A stretch of DNA of 64,000 nucleotides from positions 10,540,001 through 10,604,000 of the forward strand of contig CP158636.1 in the NCBI GenBank assembly GCA_050273025.1. Direction: 5' to 3'. The translations under genes were made by a program, and so were the position numbers. Position 1 is the first letter of the stretch, and every line of letters begins with the position of its first letter. The notes under the pieces were generated by a model. That model had not been told where the DNA came from. It searched no databases and saw only the letters and a program-made list of their open reading frames with translations. This document shows positions 12,342 through 26,171 of the stretch, in pieces. The DNA is from Cenococcum geophilum. Its lineage: Eukaryota.

Positions 12342-15300
12342 TAAGTTGTTACTCTACTCTAACGGTTTTCGTCTATTATAGGTCTTTAAGCATATCTTAT
12401 CTTATCTTAAGAATCTTAAGCATCTCTTATCTCTTTCTAAGAATCTTAAGTCTATAGCCTTTTACCTTTATTAAGTACTAAAGTAGTTTACTGTTCTACT
12501 TCTCTTATATCTTATAAAGTAATAAACATTATATTTTGTAGGGTTTTAATTCTTATTAATATTCCCTATTCTATAATAGAATTATCCTTTACCTCTATTA
12601 TAACATCTCTAAGGTTTATATACTCCTAGTAAGCTACCTTTATTTCCTTATTGTTATTAAATATTTTGCCTATATTAAATTTATCGTCCTTAATATCCGA
12701 TCTATAAGATAGTTTGTTAATTCCTCTAAACTTTATTAATTTTAGCTCCTATAGCTAATAGCTTATACTATACTTAGCGTTTTTATAAATTTGGCATGCG
12801 TTATTATAATAAAACGCGAAACTATTAATTAAACACTCTTTTATTCCTCGTAGTATACTATTATTCCTCTATATATATATATTATCTACTAGTCTAGTTT
12901 CCTTTACCATATAGTGCCTCTAATTATCTTTATAGTCTTTAGCAAAATAACCTTATTTTCCGTAATTTATATAAGCTCCCTGTTTAAACCATTTATTCTA
13001 TTATAAAGTCCGCTTAAATATCTTCCTCTACTAGGATCCTTAGTTTAGCCTCTATTCCTTAGTCCTATAATTACTTAATCCTTAACCTTTAGGTTTTTAT
13101 AGTTTTTTATTCTATCTTCTAAATTCTTTAGTACCGCTTAGGTCTATTAGCTCTAGTCTACCATTTTATAGTTTTTAACTTTAATTCTATTATTATGTAC
13201 TTTACGCCTTATATAACTATAGAACTCTATCTTACCCTTTTTTAGCTTATTCCCTTTAATAGATCCTATTATCTATCTTAATTACTTAGTTAATTAATTC
13301 TTATATAATAGTCGCATCTTCTATAAGAATTATTATATCCTAGACTTTTACCTTAAATCCTTGTTTATACTATACTATAAGCGCCTTATTATTCTACTCG
13401 ACCTATATTATAAGTATTTAAAACTATATTATATACTTAATTATTAAGGTTCGTTGCGTTAAATTTTAAAGCTTTCTTTTTACTATAGTTGTCGCCTTAG
13501 AGTCTCTAAATATCTATATTAGCCGTTCTATAAATTCTCCCTAACTAAAAAATATATATTATACTTCCTAATTAGTGGTTATTATTCTATTTAATTGTAC
13601 CTCTATAAGGTATAGTTTAAACTACTTAAGTACTCTTCCAGTTAAGAACAATCCTACGTACGCTACTTAGTTTATAGGTATTACTAACTTCACTCCTTTC
13701 TATAAGACTTTAAAGTGCATTTATATAATAAATCCTTTAAGCTTTAATTTCTCCCCTAAGAATCGTTCGATTAATAGTAACTTAATTTTTACTACTCTAA
13801 TTCTATTAATTTGTTCTCTAAGTACTTAATTATTATCCTATAATTAATTAACCATTCCCTATAATTAACCTACCGTAACTAGCTGTGAATTAGTATCTTA
13901 TATACTAGTGTCCCCACTAGTTCTTAAAGTGGTTACTGCCGTTAACGGCGTTGTAACTGCTGCTTTTAGTGGCATATTGTTTAACTTTATTAATACTATA
14001 ATTAGGTAGTAAATATATAACAAAGCCTTATAGTAGGAACTACGGTAGACTTATTAATAGGCTAGGTATATAGGTAAATAAGAAGTTAATAACGTAAATA
14101 TAACTAGTGGAGTAGTTGCCTAATAGATTAACTCTAATTATATTCTAAGATTTACTATAAGGAAAAAGAACTATCTAGGTAAGGACTGTAGTCCTTTAAA
14201 TACACAATACTGCGCCTAAGAAATGTACTAAGTACGTCGGTATGTTAGTACGTCGGTACGTTGCATATTCCCATATTTCTACATTCCTATATTCCAAACT
14301 TATAACGTAACTAGCTACGTAACTCGGCTACCCCTTATTCTATAGCTCGACTAGTTCTAGCTCCTCCCGAGCTTCCACCACTAGTCTATTTATGTCTCTT
14401 TCCAGTAATACTACTACTGCTGATGTAAGGTCCGTAACATACTATAGAAATTAAGGGGTATAACCTCGTTTTAGGATATCTATAGCTTTAACAAGTTAAT
14501 CTAGATATTAATTAGCCTTTAGCCTTATATTAACACCGGAAGTCTTAACTTTATATTATAGTTAAAGATTAAAAGACTTTCTTAAGCTATATATAAGAAG
14601 AAGGGTAGGTATATACTATATATGCTACTCTTAATACTAAAAATAGAGATATGGGGCATTTATTTTTGGATATCTGGCTATATATAGTTAAGGAACTAAA
14701 GATCCTATAGAAATATATAGACTTAGAGAATATTTCTAATAAAAAGGCCGTATAAACCTTACCTAACCCTATATTAGTTAAGTATAAGATAGATATAAGG
14801 GATAAGTAATCTCCTTTTAAACTACTATATAACCTATTAAAAAATAAGCTCGCGGTATTATATTAATATATAGTAAACAATCTTTAAAGAGGATAGATTT
14901 AGCCTTCTATAAGCCTAGTAGGGGTATTAATTATATTTATACCTAAGAAAAATAGGACCCTATATCTCTATATTAACTACTAGGCGCTTAATAAGATTAC
15001 TATAAAGAATTACTACCCGCTACCCTTAATAGGGGAGCTTATTAATAGACTGTTAGGCGTAAAGATATTTATAAAATTAAATCTAAAAGATATATACTAT
15101 TAAATCCGGATTAAAGCCGGCAATAAGTAGAAAATAGCGTTCTAAATATAGTACGGCTACTTTAAGTACCTGGTAATACTATTTAGGCTTACTAATGTAC
15201 TAGCGATATTTTAGGCCTATATTAATAAGGTATTTTTAGGCCTATTAAACACAATATATATAGTCTACCTTAATAACATTATAGTCTACTTTAATAACTA

Positions 15301-16363
15301 TAAAGTATATATATACTACGTATAAATAGTACTAAAAAGACTACGGGAATATAAGCTCTATATAAACCTAAAGAAATATATATTCTATACTACTAGCATT
15401 AATTTTCTAGGCTTTATTATTAGCGTTAACAGAGTATTAATAAAGAAAAGCTAGGTGGACGCTATTAAGGAATAGCCCTACTCTATAATATTTAGAGAAG
15501 TGTAGGTTTTCTTAGGTACGGCGAACTTCTACTAATTATTTATTATTTATTATACGTAAGTAGTATTCTTAATTACTAAGCTATTAAAGGGATCTAAAAA
15601 TAGCAAGAAGTTAGGACCCTTTATATTTAGGGAAGCTACTAAGCAGGCTATAGACCGGTTAAAGAATTTATTTACGTTAGCGCCTATTCTAATATACTTC
15701 TACTAGGAGCTATATATATACCTTAAAATAGATATATCCAGCTTTGCCCTAGAGGCAATTATATCTTAACTAAAAGACGGAGAATAGCATCCTATAGCGT
15801 TTTAGTTAAGGAAAATAACCCCTATAAAACAGCGTTATATAATATATAACTAGGAGCTGCTTATAATAGTTATAGTAATAAAGCACTAGCGATATTATTA
15901 TATAGAAAGTAATTATCCTATTAAAGTCCTTATAGGCTATAATAACCTAAAATACTTTATAACTATAAAGGTATTAAGCGGTTAATAAGCTAGATGGGTA
16001 GAGGTACTATTATAATATAACTTTAAAATTATGTACCTCCTAGGAAAGATAAATCCCGCTAATAGGTTATTAAGATATCTAGATTATAAGACTAGGAGGA
16101 TCTAAGACAGTATGGGGGAAATAATCCCTATATTATAAAATTTGCTTAAAAAAAAGAAGACTCTTTTCTTAAATTTACTAAATTTCGTAGTAAAATAGAG
16201 GTCTTAGCAATACAGCTGCAAAGCGCTATAATTATAGAGCCATAAGATATAGTTATAGACTAGGCAGACGTTATAAAGTTAGTATACCCTAAAATTAGTA
16301 AGAATTCTACGGGATATGCTAGGGGTATCGCGGCACTTTTAACTTAACGGCGTATTAGCTATA

Positions 16364-18089
16364 AGCTCGGACCCCTAGAACTCGGTTACCCCCCGAACTC
16401 GTTTACCCCACCAAATCGGCCACCCCACTTTGGAAGCTATTTACACTCAACGAAATCAAATCGATTATTTGCTCTTATATGCTATTTAGTATATCGACTT
16501 CGGGCTTTCTATCTAGCGCATTTTAAAGCTTTAATTTTGGCTGCTTTACCCTTATTTAGCCTTTTTTCCCTCTGCCTCCACTATAGCTTAGTTAATTAAA
16601 TCTATATATTTTAATATTATATTTAGATCTACTGTTATCCATTTATAAAATTTTAGACTTTTAAGGTCTTTAAGTTGCAATTAAAAGCTATATATTTAAG
16701 CGGCTATATACATAGCCTTTATAATAACTCTCTAAAATTGTTAACTTATTTTTTATAAAAGTGACTAAGTCTTTTAATTAAGTATATACTTATTATAAAG
16801 GCCTTAAGCTACTTAATTATATTACAAGGCTTCTTTAGGGTCGTTATAATATTAAATTACTTACTATTAGCTTATTTAAAGCTTAATCCTATTATTAAAG
16901 CCCTATTTTTAACCTAAAAAGATTTATAGCCTTTATATAGATTTTATAAGTAAATACTAAAGATATACTAGCTAAATTTAATTATTTTTGTTATAAGGCC
17001 TTCTTTTAGGTATTATAGTAATACTTAATAAAATAATACTTTATACTTAGACCTATATAGTTAAGATATATATACTTTATAATTGACTAAAAATATCTTA
17101 ACTTAATAGAGGAGGAATAAAATAGATTTAAGGGTTATAATATTAAATAAAGTAACTAAAAATAAGCCATATATTATATATTTTATATTTTAATAAAAAT
17201 CTAACTATATCATGGCCTATCTAGCTATTAAGGAAATATAATTAAGCTTTATTATTAAATAATTTAGTTTTTAGTATAATAGTAATAATAAGCCTAAATA
17301 TAATATAATTAGCCATTTAATAAAGTACTTTACTTTAGTATGCTTATATTAATTAAGTGTATATTCCTTTAAAATAAATTATTTCGCTAAGGGTAAATAT
17401 TGTCTTTATAATAAATACCTATTTATAATGATTAAATAACTTTATAAATAACTTTTTTTTGAAGATATATCCTATAGTAATTAAATTTATATATATGCTT
17501 AATATAACTCTAAATTTGTCTAAATTTTAGGTGTTTTTTTGCCTATATATTAACCGTTTTTACACCCTTTTATAAAGGCTATAAGACTTTTAAATTTACT
17601 TTAGTTATACCCTATTAATTTATATACCTTCTATTAATTAGGTATATATAAATTTTATATAAAGATTTTATTTAAAGTAGCTAATTATATATATTTTACT
17701 AAGGGGCTTAGTATTACTACCCTAACCAAAGACCTAAGCTATTATTTTTTCATAATTACGTATATAATGGAAATATTTTTTATAAATCCTATTTAAGTAC
17801 CTAATTAGTAAGGAAGGCCTACTATATAGGAGTTAATTGCTATTCGCATTGGTATGTAAATTGTTATAATAGCCTGCCATTTAATTGGTCGCTTAAAATT
17901 GATAAAGGAATACCGTATACAAGTATAGCTTTTCGCGCATACTTATAAACACCAGATTTGAAATCTACGATGGCCATTTATAAGTTCTGCTTATTTTTGT
18001 CCATATTAATCGATTCGTTGTGGAGAAAATAGGTTGACAAATTGGTAGTTTAATTTTGGTTGGGTCGCCGAGTTCGGGGGGTCCGAGCT
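16364..18089 (-). mobile_element. Tc1/mariner (Fot1/pogo-like) DNA transposon, RIP-degraded
   Basis: TIRs agctcggacccc..gaactcgg / ccgagttcggggggtccgagct with TA on both sides (16362-63, 18090-91). 1.73 kb, with a degenerate transposase on the minus strand from ATG ~18004. Confidence 0.88.
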
Positions 18090-18741
18090 TAAGTGTCTAG
18101 ATCTAAGGGGGATAGGTAAGATATTTATCTATAGCGTAGCATACTATATAACGGTAGAAAAATCTACTAGCACTAATAGTTTAAAACGTCTCGTGCTACG
18201 CCTTATATCTATAATAGCGGCAGGCGAAATAGAAGTAAGTAATTTATATAAAACCTTTTTAGATTTTCTTTTTTAAATATAATAGAGAAACGCCTTTATT
18301 TTTAAGAAGAGGTAGAAAAATATAGTAGAGACTAACTTAGCTAAAGTTATTAAGAAGCTATAGCAGTAAGACTAAAAGGGTTTATTACGCTTTAAGGGTA
18401 CTATATATATCCTAAAGGACTAAGCGGTTTAAGACGAAACTTTAAAGGTCTTTTATAATAACCCTCTTAGGGGTCACTATGGTGCTAATAGAACCCTTAA
18501 GGCCGTTTAAAGGAAATACTTTTAGGATAGAATGTCTAAAGAGGTTAAGAACTATATATTAAGATATAATATGTACTAAAGGGTATAGATATCTAAACAC
18601 CGCCTATATAGCGAGTTATTAGTACTTCCTGTTCTATAGGGACTAATATTAAAATTAACAATAGACTTTATAATAGGCTTACCCCCTACTAAAATAAGAA
18701 CTAAAGAGGTTGCTAATACTATCTTAGTAATTATTAATAGA

Positions 18742-18826
18742 GCCCGCGAAGCCCTACTGCACGCGTCTACGTCGCCGCGGGTGGAAACATCATCGGGAAA
18801 TCATTCCTTATAATAGCTAAGTGCAG
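18742..18826 (+). ncRNA. HDV-like self-cleaving ribozyme (predicted) at the 5' end of the LINE derivative
   Basis: P1 GCCCGCG(18742-48)/CGCGGGT(18776-82) with G.U at position 1. P2 CTGCAC(18757-62)/GTGCAG(18821-26). P3 GCG/CGC around L3 TCTACGT. GG at 18783-84 for P1.1. P4 hairpin ~18788-18815. J4/2 CTAA with candidate catalytic C18817. Confidence 0.88.
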
Positions 18827-19159
18827 AGGCGATAGAGGAGAGCCGTCGCAGCGCGCGCAGCGCGCTGGTGTTGCGACTCTGTGGTATTAAGCCTGCGACG
18901 CGTATATCGCCCTCAATAACACCAGGAGTCCTACTGCCCCCGCTTAAGGCTTCTGCTATACCATCTAGGGGGGCCATTAAGGGAAACTGGGATACGAAAA
19001 CCGCCCGACGTACGACTACCTGGCTCACAGCCAGGCCCGAAACTGGCCTTATTTAACCAGTTAATATAAACGCGCCCTAGGCGTACGATAGGACACCCTT
19101 AGGCTTACACTAGCTCTAAGACCGAGAAGATATAGCGAGGGCGTAGGGAACCTCTTTTT

Positions 19160-19650
19160 ATAAGAACTTGTTAAGGTTAACGCGTTATAGATACTTTATA
19201 CAAAACTTGTTAAGGCCCTAAGGCCACCATAAAGAACTTATTAAGGCCCTGCCTAGAGAACTTATTAAGGCCCCTCTATAAGGGCCTATCTAGTATCCAG
19301 TACACCCAGGTGACTTAGAAGAGGGTCTTAATAGGCGTAGTGCGCGCGACCTGGACGACGGCAACGCGCCGGCAACATAACGGTAACGCGACGGCGACCG
19401 GACGGCGACCAGATGGCTTAACGAGGTAAAAACACGGGCAAAGCTCTAGGCAGCGGAAACACAGGCCAGCTTTAACGGCCCCATAGCGTTCGACTTATAG
19501 TTAACTTACGGTCAACTCACGGTCGACTTATAGGCGACTTATAGGAGGGTCTTAATAGGCGTAGTGCACGTAACCTAATACGTATATGCATAAGGCGACT
19601 TATAGGAGGGTCTTAATAGGCGTGGTATACGTAACCTAATATATACATAT
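19160..19650 (+). repeat. Internal tandem repeats of the LINE derivative
   Basis: aagaactt(g/a)ttaagg(ccc) about 4 times at 19160-19275. ~61-bp unit gacttataggagggtcttaataggcgt.gt.. twice at 19536-19650, with a further copy at ~19312. Confidence 0.75.
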
Positions 19651-22600
19651 AGGGGAGGCTATAGGGGAAATACAGGCCAGTTGGACGAGGACTTAACAGT
19701 TAGAGACATAGGCCAGCTTATAAAAAGGGGGGATATAAGCTTAGTTAGTAGAAGGGGGGAGAGCAAGTTACCTGGTACGGGACCTAGTCTCTACAGCCCC
19801 CCTCCTATAAGACATAGTTGGCCTATTATAAGGAGACTCTTATAGGTAACGCGAAACGGGAACTAGTAGTATATAGGGTATTACGCCCCTATATTACTAC
19901 TAGCTTCCTATAAGGCGTAGTATGTAGTAGCTACTGCTGGCTTTAAGGACCTTATCTCTTAACTAGGCTCTAACCTTTAGTGCACCTAATAGGCAGGTAG
20001 GATTATACCCTGGCTAAAGAGACTACTACGTGGCTTAAGAGAACGGATGCGTGTGTTGGTATATTAATAGACGGAACCGTTCGCCTCTAGGGCGGCTTAC
20101 TAGTGAGATATGCTTAAGGAGCAAACAGGAGTTACTTAGGTGGGAGAGGTAGTAGCTCAGCCTCGTCCGTAGAAGGTGTACCTAACTATATTATAGGATG
20201 CAGCTACGACGCCTCCGTAGGATTACGTCAGTAGGCGTAAAGATGGGAGTTATAACCCCTAGAAACGGTAGCTTATACCTACGCCAGCGGAAATAATAAA
20301 GAAGGCGTAAAACTAGAGGCTATAGAAGGCTCCTAAGCCGTGCGAAAGCGTACCAACTCTAGGAGGAAACTCTTATACAGACTACTAGGGGGTAGACTGG
20401 TACTTGGGTAATACCGTTATAAAATATCCAAAAGAACTAGTAAAATTCCCCGCAATTAGTAGTAGTAGCTAACTACTTATAGTTTGGGACCAAAGCACTA
20501 GAAAACTGGGGTAGAGGCCTAAATAAGCAGGTATGTTGAACTTTACTATATTACTAGCTAATATATAACTACCTGCGAAAACGGATTCTGCACCTATACG
20601 TAGTGACGGCTACAAACCTAGGTCTTTAAAGTTTAGACCCAGAGCTAACGTAAAGACGTTATATAGCGCGTGCAAGTAGGACCTAGTAGTTATATGCGTC
20701 ATAGGGCGTAGTAAAAAGTTTTTATATAAGATGGTGAGATCTTAAAAACCACTACTAACGGTACCCCTTTATAACACAGCCACTAGTTCTCCTACTAAGC
20801 ACCTATATAATCTAACGTAGATAAACAGCTTTTAAAAGCATCCCCTAGCCCCTAATAGAAAGCATTAATGACCTTATATTAACGGACGAACAAGCGTATA
20901 AGCGAACAAACGAATAAGCAAATATACGGCCCCTTCTAACCCCTAGGGCAGTCGCCCGCGGAGTATACAGTTACTCGCCGTTTTTAACTACTAAATACTA
21001 CCTAGCAGCTTGGATTGCGACCTACGGTTTTCCCTATCTCCTTTTAACGGAGTGGTAACCTTTAAAGAGGGCCTAGCTGGGGCCTAGGCATAAAAGATAC
21101 CCAAATAACACAATATCCCGCTCGCTTATTAGTATTACGGTAATTAGAACGGATAAATCCCCCTTACGCCTTTGATGGCTCTAGGGGGGGGGAGGCAAGG
21201 CATATATGGCAGTGGTCTATATAAGAGATAGTATATAGGGGATAGGCAAGATATGGGATATAAAGAGACAATAAGACATAGCAATCGATTAGTAAGGCCT
21301 AGCTGGGACATAGTAAACCCTAGCTTTAATAAGCTAGAGAAGGAAGCAGTGGTTCCTAAGGAGTTCAAAACATCTAAGGAGGAGGACGTGTAGTAGGCCT
21401 GTAGGGCCGCTGCTACGTGCAAATATAGTAAATTAGGGTTTTTTATCCTACTAAGGCTGCTCATAGGGTTTTTCCTTCCCTAACTACAGGGTTTTCTTCA
21501 TATAAATTACAAGTTTTCCCCCCTATAACGGAGTAGTCTGCGTGGGCCAAGATAGGATCCATATCAGACGTTAATTAAAGAACTACTACTAATTATTAAT
21601 AGATATATAAAGTTTTTAAGGTACTTTGCCGTTATAATAATAATTATAGTAGCAGAACTAGCAGACCTATTTTTAAAATGGTAGCTCTTATTCGGCACGC
21701 TAAGGGGAATTATATCTAATAGAGGTACCATATTTAACAGTATATTTTAGTCTTTATTTTACCTCTTATTAAAAATACAGTAAAGAATAAATACTGCCTT
21801 TTACCTGTAAATAGATGGGCTAATAGAGCGCCTAAATACGTTATTAGAACACTACCTCCGCTACTATATTAATTATTAATAGAATAATTAGATATTGCAG
21901 TTAGCTTTAGCGCAGTATATATATAATATAAGCATCTATAGCAGTATAAAAATAACCCCTAGAACGTTAAGGATATTATTCCTAAAAGGGAGGCACTAGT
22001 AATGTCTAAGAGAGTTAAGCAAATAAGAATTCGCAGAAAAGGACTTAAAAAGCACTTACTAGACGCCTAGGCTATATAAAAAAGGTACTATAATAAAAGA
22101 ATATATGCCTAAAGAATTTAAAATAGGAGATAAAGTCTTATTATTTATAAAAAATATCTAAATAAAACGTATTAAGAAGAAGCTGGATTACTAGTAGCTT
22201 AGACTTTTTAAAATAGTTAGGAAAACTAAAGGAAATTAAGCTTATAAGTTAGAATTGCTAAAATTATATCTAATATATCCTATATTTTATATTTCCTTAC
22301 TAAAGCTATATTAGAGAAGAGATAGTATAAAACCGCCCCTACCTAGTAAAATTAATAGGGAACTAGAATAGAATGTAAAAGATATTCTAGACTAAAGATG
22401 GCATTAGAAGAAGCGCGAATTCTTAATCTATTAGGAAGGATACTTTTAGGTGTATAATAGTTAGGAACCTAAAAAGCACCTTTAGCTAGGATACGATATG
22501 GTAATTAAAACCTTCCTAAGGACTAAAGGTAAAGATTTAGTAATAGTTCTAGATATGCCATAAATAAGATAATAGGGAAGACCTTATAAATTAAAACTAT

Positions 22601-24321
22601 AAGGTTAAGTATAGGCATTAAGAACAGAAATGTTTTACTATTATAATAGGGATCCTAGGACCCTATAAGGGGAAGCCTATAGAGATCTATAGGAAAACCA
22701 CTAGGGATACTGTCTAAAGAAGACGCTGTTTAAGAATAAGTAGTAGTACTATAAGAAGAGGTCTTAGGGATTTAGAAAGATCCCTTAAAAATAAAAGGAA
22801 AGTATTTGGTCTAGCACTGGAGATATATAGTAAAGTTAATGGTATAAAAAGGAGCAAAAAGACAGCCTATAAAGAATTAAAAATTTTAAGAAATTATAAA
22901 ATACCTATCGAAATATTACCTGTCTATTATATATAGGGATTATAGTAGTACACTACTTTTATATAGATTATTACTAAAGCTTAAAATAAAGGTATCCCTA
23001 AAGTATAAAGTTAATTCCTAATAATAGGGCATTTTAAAGGTACCTAAGAAGTACTATATAAAGCTATTCTATAATAAAAAAAGGAAAGAACTAGATAATA
23101 ACTTAAATACTAGTAGCAGTAACGGGAGCCTCCTCTTCTATCTTAACGTTATTATCGGTGGTATTATTAGTACTTTTATCCCTAAAAGCATTAGCACTTT
23201 TATTAATATTCTTCCTAAAGTAATAGGAACTAGAAGAACTAGCATAGGCGGGAAACTAGTAAGGAGAATATTTATCTTAACTTTTGTTATTATCCTTAGT
23301 ATTATCCTTAGGCTTTAAATTAGCATCTAAATAGGGATTAGAAAGCCGTTAACTAAAAAAATTAGCGCACTTCCTAAATATATTACTAGAGAAACTTACC
23401 TAGCTAGAAAGGCCCGCGTAAAAGTGTAAATGTTATTATTTATAAGGGTAAGCTACTTGTATATACGCTCTTAGACACTATATATCTAAGACTATTACAT
23501 CTCTATAGTAGTGGAAACCCTTATTAAATTAAAGAGCCTATAAGTAAGGGAAGATATCTTCTATCCCTATTTATTACTATTTAGATATAGGTGGAGATTC
23601 TAAGTAGCGCGCTAGAGCTTATAAGTTTTATATATATAAATAGTGGGGATTTAATATAATTAGTAAAATTTAGAATAAGATAAAATGGAAAATACCAGAA
23701 TATAGGGTTTTCTCCTACTACGGTAATAGGAATACTTAGATTTATTTTTGCTAGAGTAAGGTATTTTATAGGCGTGGGATAGGTTTAGTATAAGTACGTA
23801 AACGTAATAACGGTAGCACTTTAGAGAAATTACTGTAGGAGTAACAGAGGTGGTTTAGGGTAGTACTAAAATAATATTACCGCCGGTTTAGGGACGCGCA
23901 GTATAACTATAAGCTATTATAAGAGAATACTAACGTGTTCCACTAGTTAGTGAGCTACCCCACCAAAATCGACACACGTTTTTATACGATTATTCCACTA
24001 TAATAAAATAAAATGAATTGAAATCTAGCCTATAGCTTCTCTAGTTACTAGTACATTAACGCCTGTTATGGCCTTATATATGGCAATTTAAGTATATTAG
24101 TAGTGCGCGCTAGCGCACCTAAGTAGCCTCTCTCTAAGTCTCCTCTACCTGTACATTATCTAACGTCTTAATTAAGCGCTGGCCCTCTTAGGCCTATAAA
24201 GCTCCTCCCTATATAATATACCTTCGGCGCTACCGTTACTTCTATTTTAACATTAATTTGCTATATAAAGCTTTAAATTCTCCTTTATAAGTAGAGCAGC
24301 TAAATATATTATTATCTTATA

Positions 24322-26171
24322 ACGTATTTCACGGGCGAGCTAGTCAAATAGGCGAGCTGGTTAGTTTGCCAAGACCACACCAAATATAACGAACTATGTA
24401 ATAAACTATTCCACCTCACTATAATCTACCTCTGATTCCTTATCGCTACTAAATTCTACAGTAGATTCTTTAATATTTTGGCACGTTTAAACGTTGTGCC
24501 TAGTCCCACCGCAGTTCCTACAGCGCCTTTAAGTTGGCTTAACTCTATCTGCCCTAGCCTTACTCCAACTCTTCTTACTACTAAAGGCAGCGGTAGGAGA
24601 GTTTTTAGTAACTAGCTGCAATCTAGCCTTATAGGTAAAGACTCCTCCTTACTAGATACGCTTTCTTTTACGCTATTTCCGTTAGATTGCGGCCTTATTA
24701 GCTGCTTTAAGCTTAGTAATTTAATCGCGCTGTAACACTATCTAATAAGCTATTAAAAGGGTGCCCTTAATAAGCTAATTAAACCCTTTCTTTAATAAAG
24801 ATGGTAAGCTACCCAACTTATTGCTAATTAGCTCTATTTACGACCCAAATTTAAGGTGGTTACTAGGGGTTTTTAACTGCTATAGGGTGTCTTTAGTAGT
24901 GGGTGGTGTAGGCGTGCGCAATTAAATGTTAAGCTTTAATATTACCTTATTTGGGTTAAAAGGAACTAGGCTAGCGCCTTAAAAGCTTCCTTAGATATTA
25001 CTCTTAGTAATAGAGGCGTTAAACGCGTCTTAAAAGGCTAGTAAGAACTCTATTTTAGTAATATAGTTAATCTAATTACGTATTAGCTTCTTAACTTAGC
25101 GCCCGTACGCTATCTTTAAAGGTAAGAAACAACCTATATCTAGTAGCTACAGGATATACGATAAATGTGCTAGTATACATAAAGTAATTATCTTATTCTC
25201 CTCGCAATATTCGGTAAATTGCAGCGAGTTATAGCTCTCGTGGCTATTAATAATCAGCAGATAATACGCGCCAATAATACGCTCCTTTATATGCCTATTA
25301 AAGTGCTTTAACCACTTAAAACTAAGCTTATTTATTGTCTAGCCGTTATTAGAGACCCTAAATGCCTATTAAGATGGTATATTAGCTTCCTAGTACCATA
25401 CAGAGAGGTAGTTTTTGCCTTTATAAATAATAAAGGATAGAAGCACGTAGCCTAACGCGCTAATACCCTAAATTACCGTAACCTACTTATAATTGCCTGG
25501 TTATATAGCCTTTGGTCGATGCCGTTTTTTAAAGCCTATAATAACTTTTTGCTAGGTTATTATACCTATCTAGAAGCCAGATTCGTTAAAGTTGTATAAG
25601 TCTTTATCCTAGATACTATACTTGGCTTTTATATTACGTATAAGGTTAAACCAGGCTTATATAATTATTAGTTCTTCCTATTTATAACGCTGGTAGTCTA
25701 GCTTCTAACTATATCTTATTTTAAGCCCTAGGGTACGCTTAATAAAGCTATATAGCCAGTTTATGCCCACTAGGTCCATCCACCGCTCGGCTAATAGTTT
25801 ATTAGCCATCTCTTAAATAGCATTAAGCGAAGGGGCAAATCCTCTTAAATCCAGCTTAAGTATATACCGTTTTATCGCCTCCTCTTCGGTTACTATAAGC
25901 TTTATTAAATTTGGCTTAGTATCGCGTCGTGGGGTAGTTCCGGCGCGTCGCGTCTATAGGCTCGAGAGGGGGACGTTAAAAGTGCGTGTAGCGCGTTAAA
26001 TGCCGTAAATCTGCTTTGTATCGAGAGCCTGGATAGCAAGCTATATTTAAGCTTCTTTAGAAGTCGATTATAAATTCGTAGGTAGAGACATTATAGTGTC
26101 AAATATTTTAATGCGTGGTCTTAGCAAACTAACCAGCTCGCCTGTTTAACTAGCTCGCTCGTAAAATACGT
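24322..26171 (-). mobile_element. Fot1/Pot2-like DNA transposon (inner), 1850 bp
   Basis: ~48-bp TIRs acgtatttcacgggcgagctagtcaaataggcgagctggttagtttgc / gcaaactaaccagctcgcctgtttaactagctcgctcgtaaaatacgt. TA TSD. NF(D)ESGF DDE motif on the minus strand ~25575-25595. Confidence 0.93.

Larger units (their letters stand above)
9341..14439 (-). mobile_element. Gypsy family C, copy 1 (5' LTR ~14016-14439, gag and start of pol; truncated; interrupted by a LINE)
   Basis: Reverse complement is colinear with 39989-41815. LTR begins TGTTACGGACC (ggtccgtaaca ending 14439). gag ATG CCA CTA AAA at ~13976 on the minus strand. Confidence 0.88.
18742..21589 (+). mobile_element. 2.85-kb non-autonomous non-LTR element (LINE derivative without RT) with 14-bp TSD and (ACT)n tail
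   Basis: TSD TAATTATTAATAGA at 18728-18741 and 21590-21603 interrupts the Gypsy D integrase frame. Tail aactactac. The 3' end is homologous to the 74-bp insertion at 45119-45192. No RT motif recognised. Confidence 0.88.
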
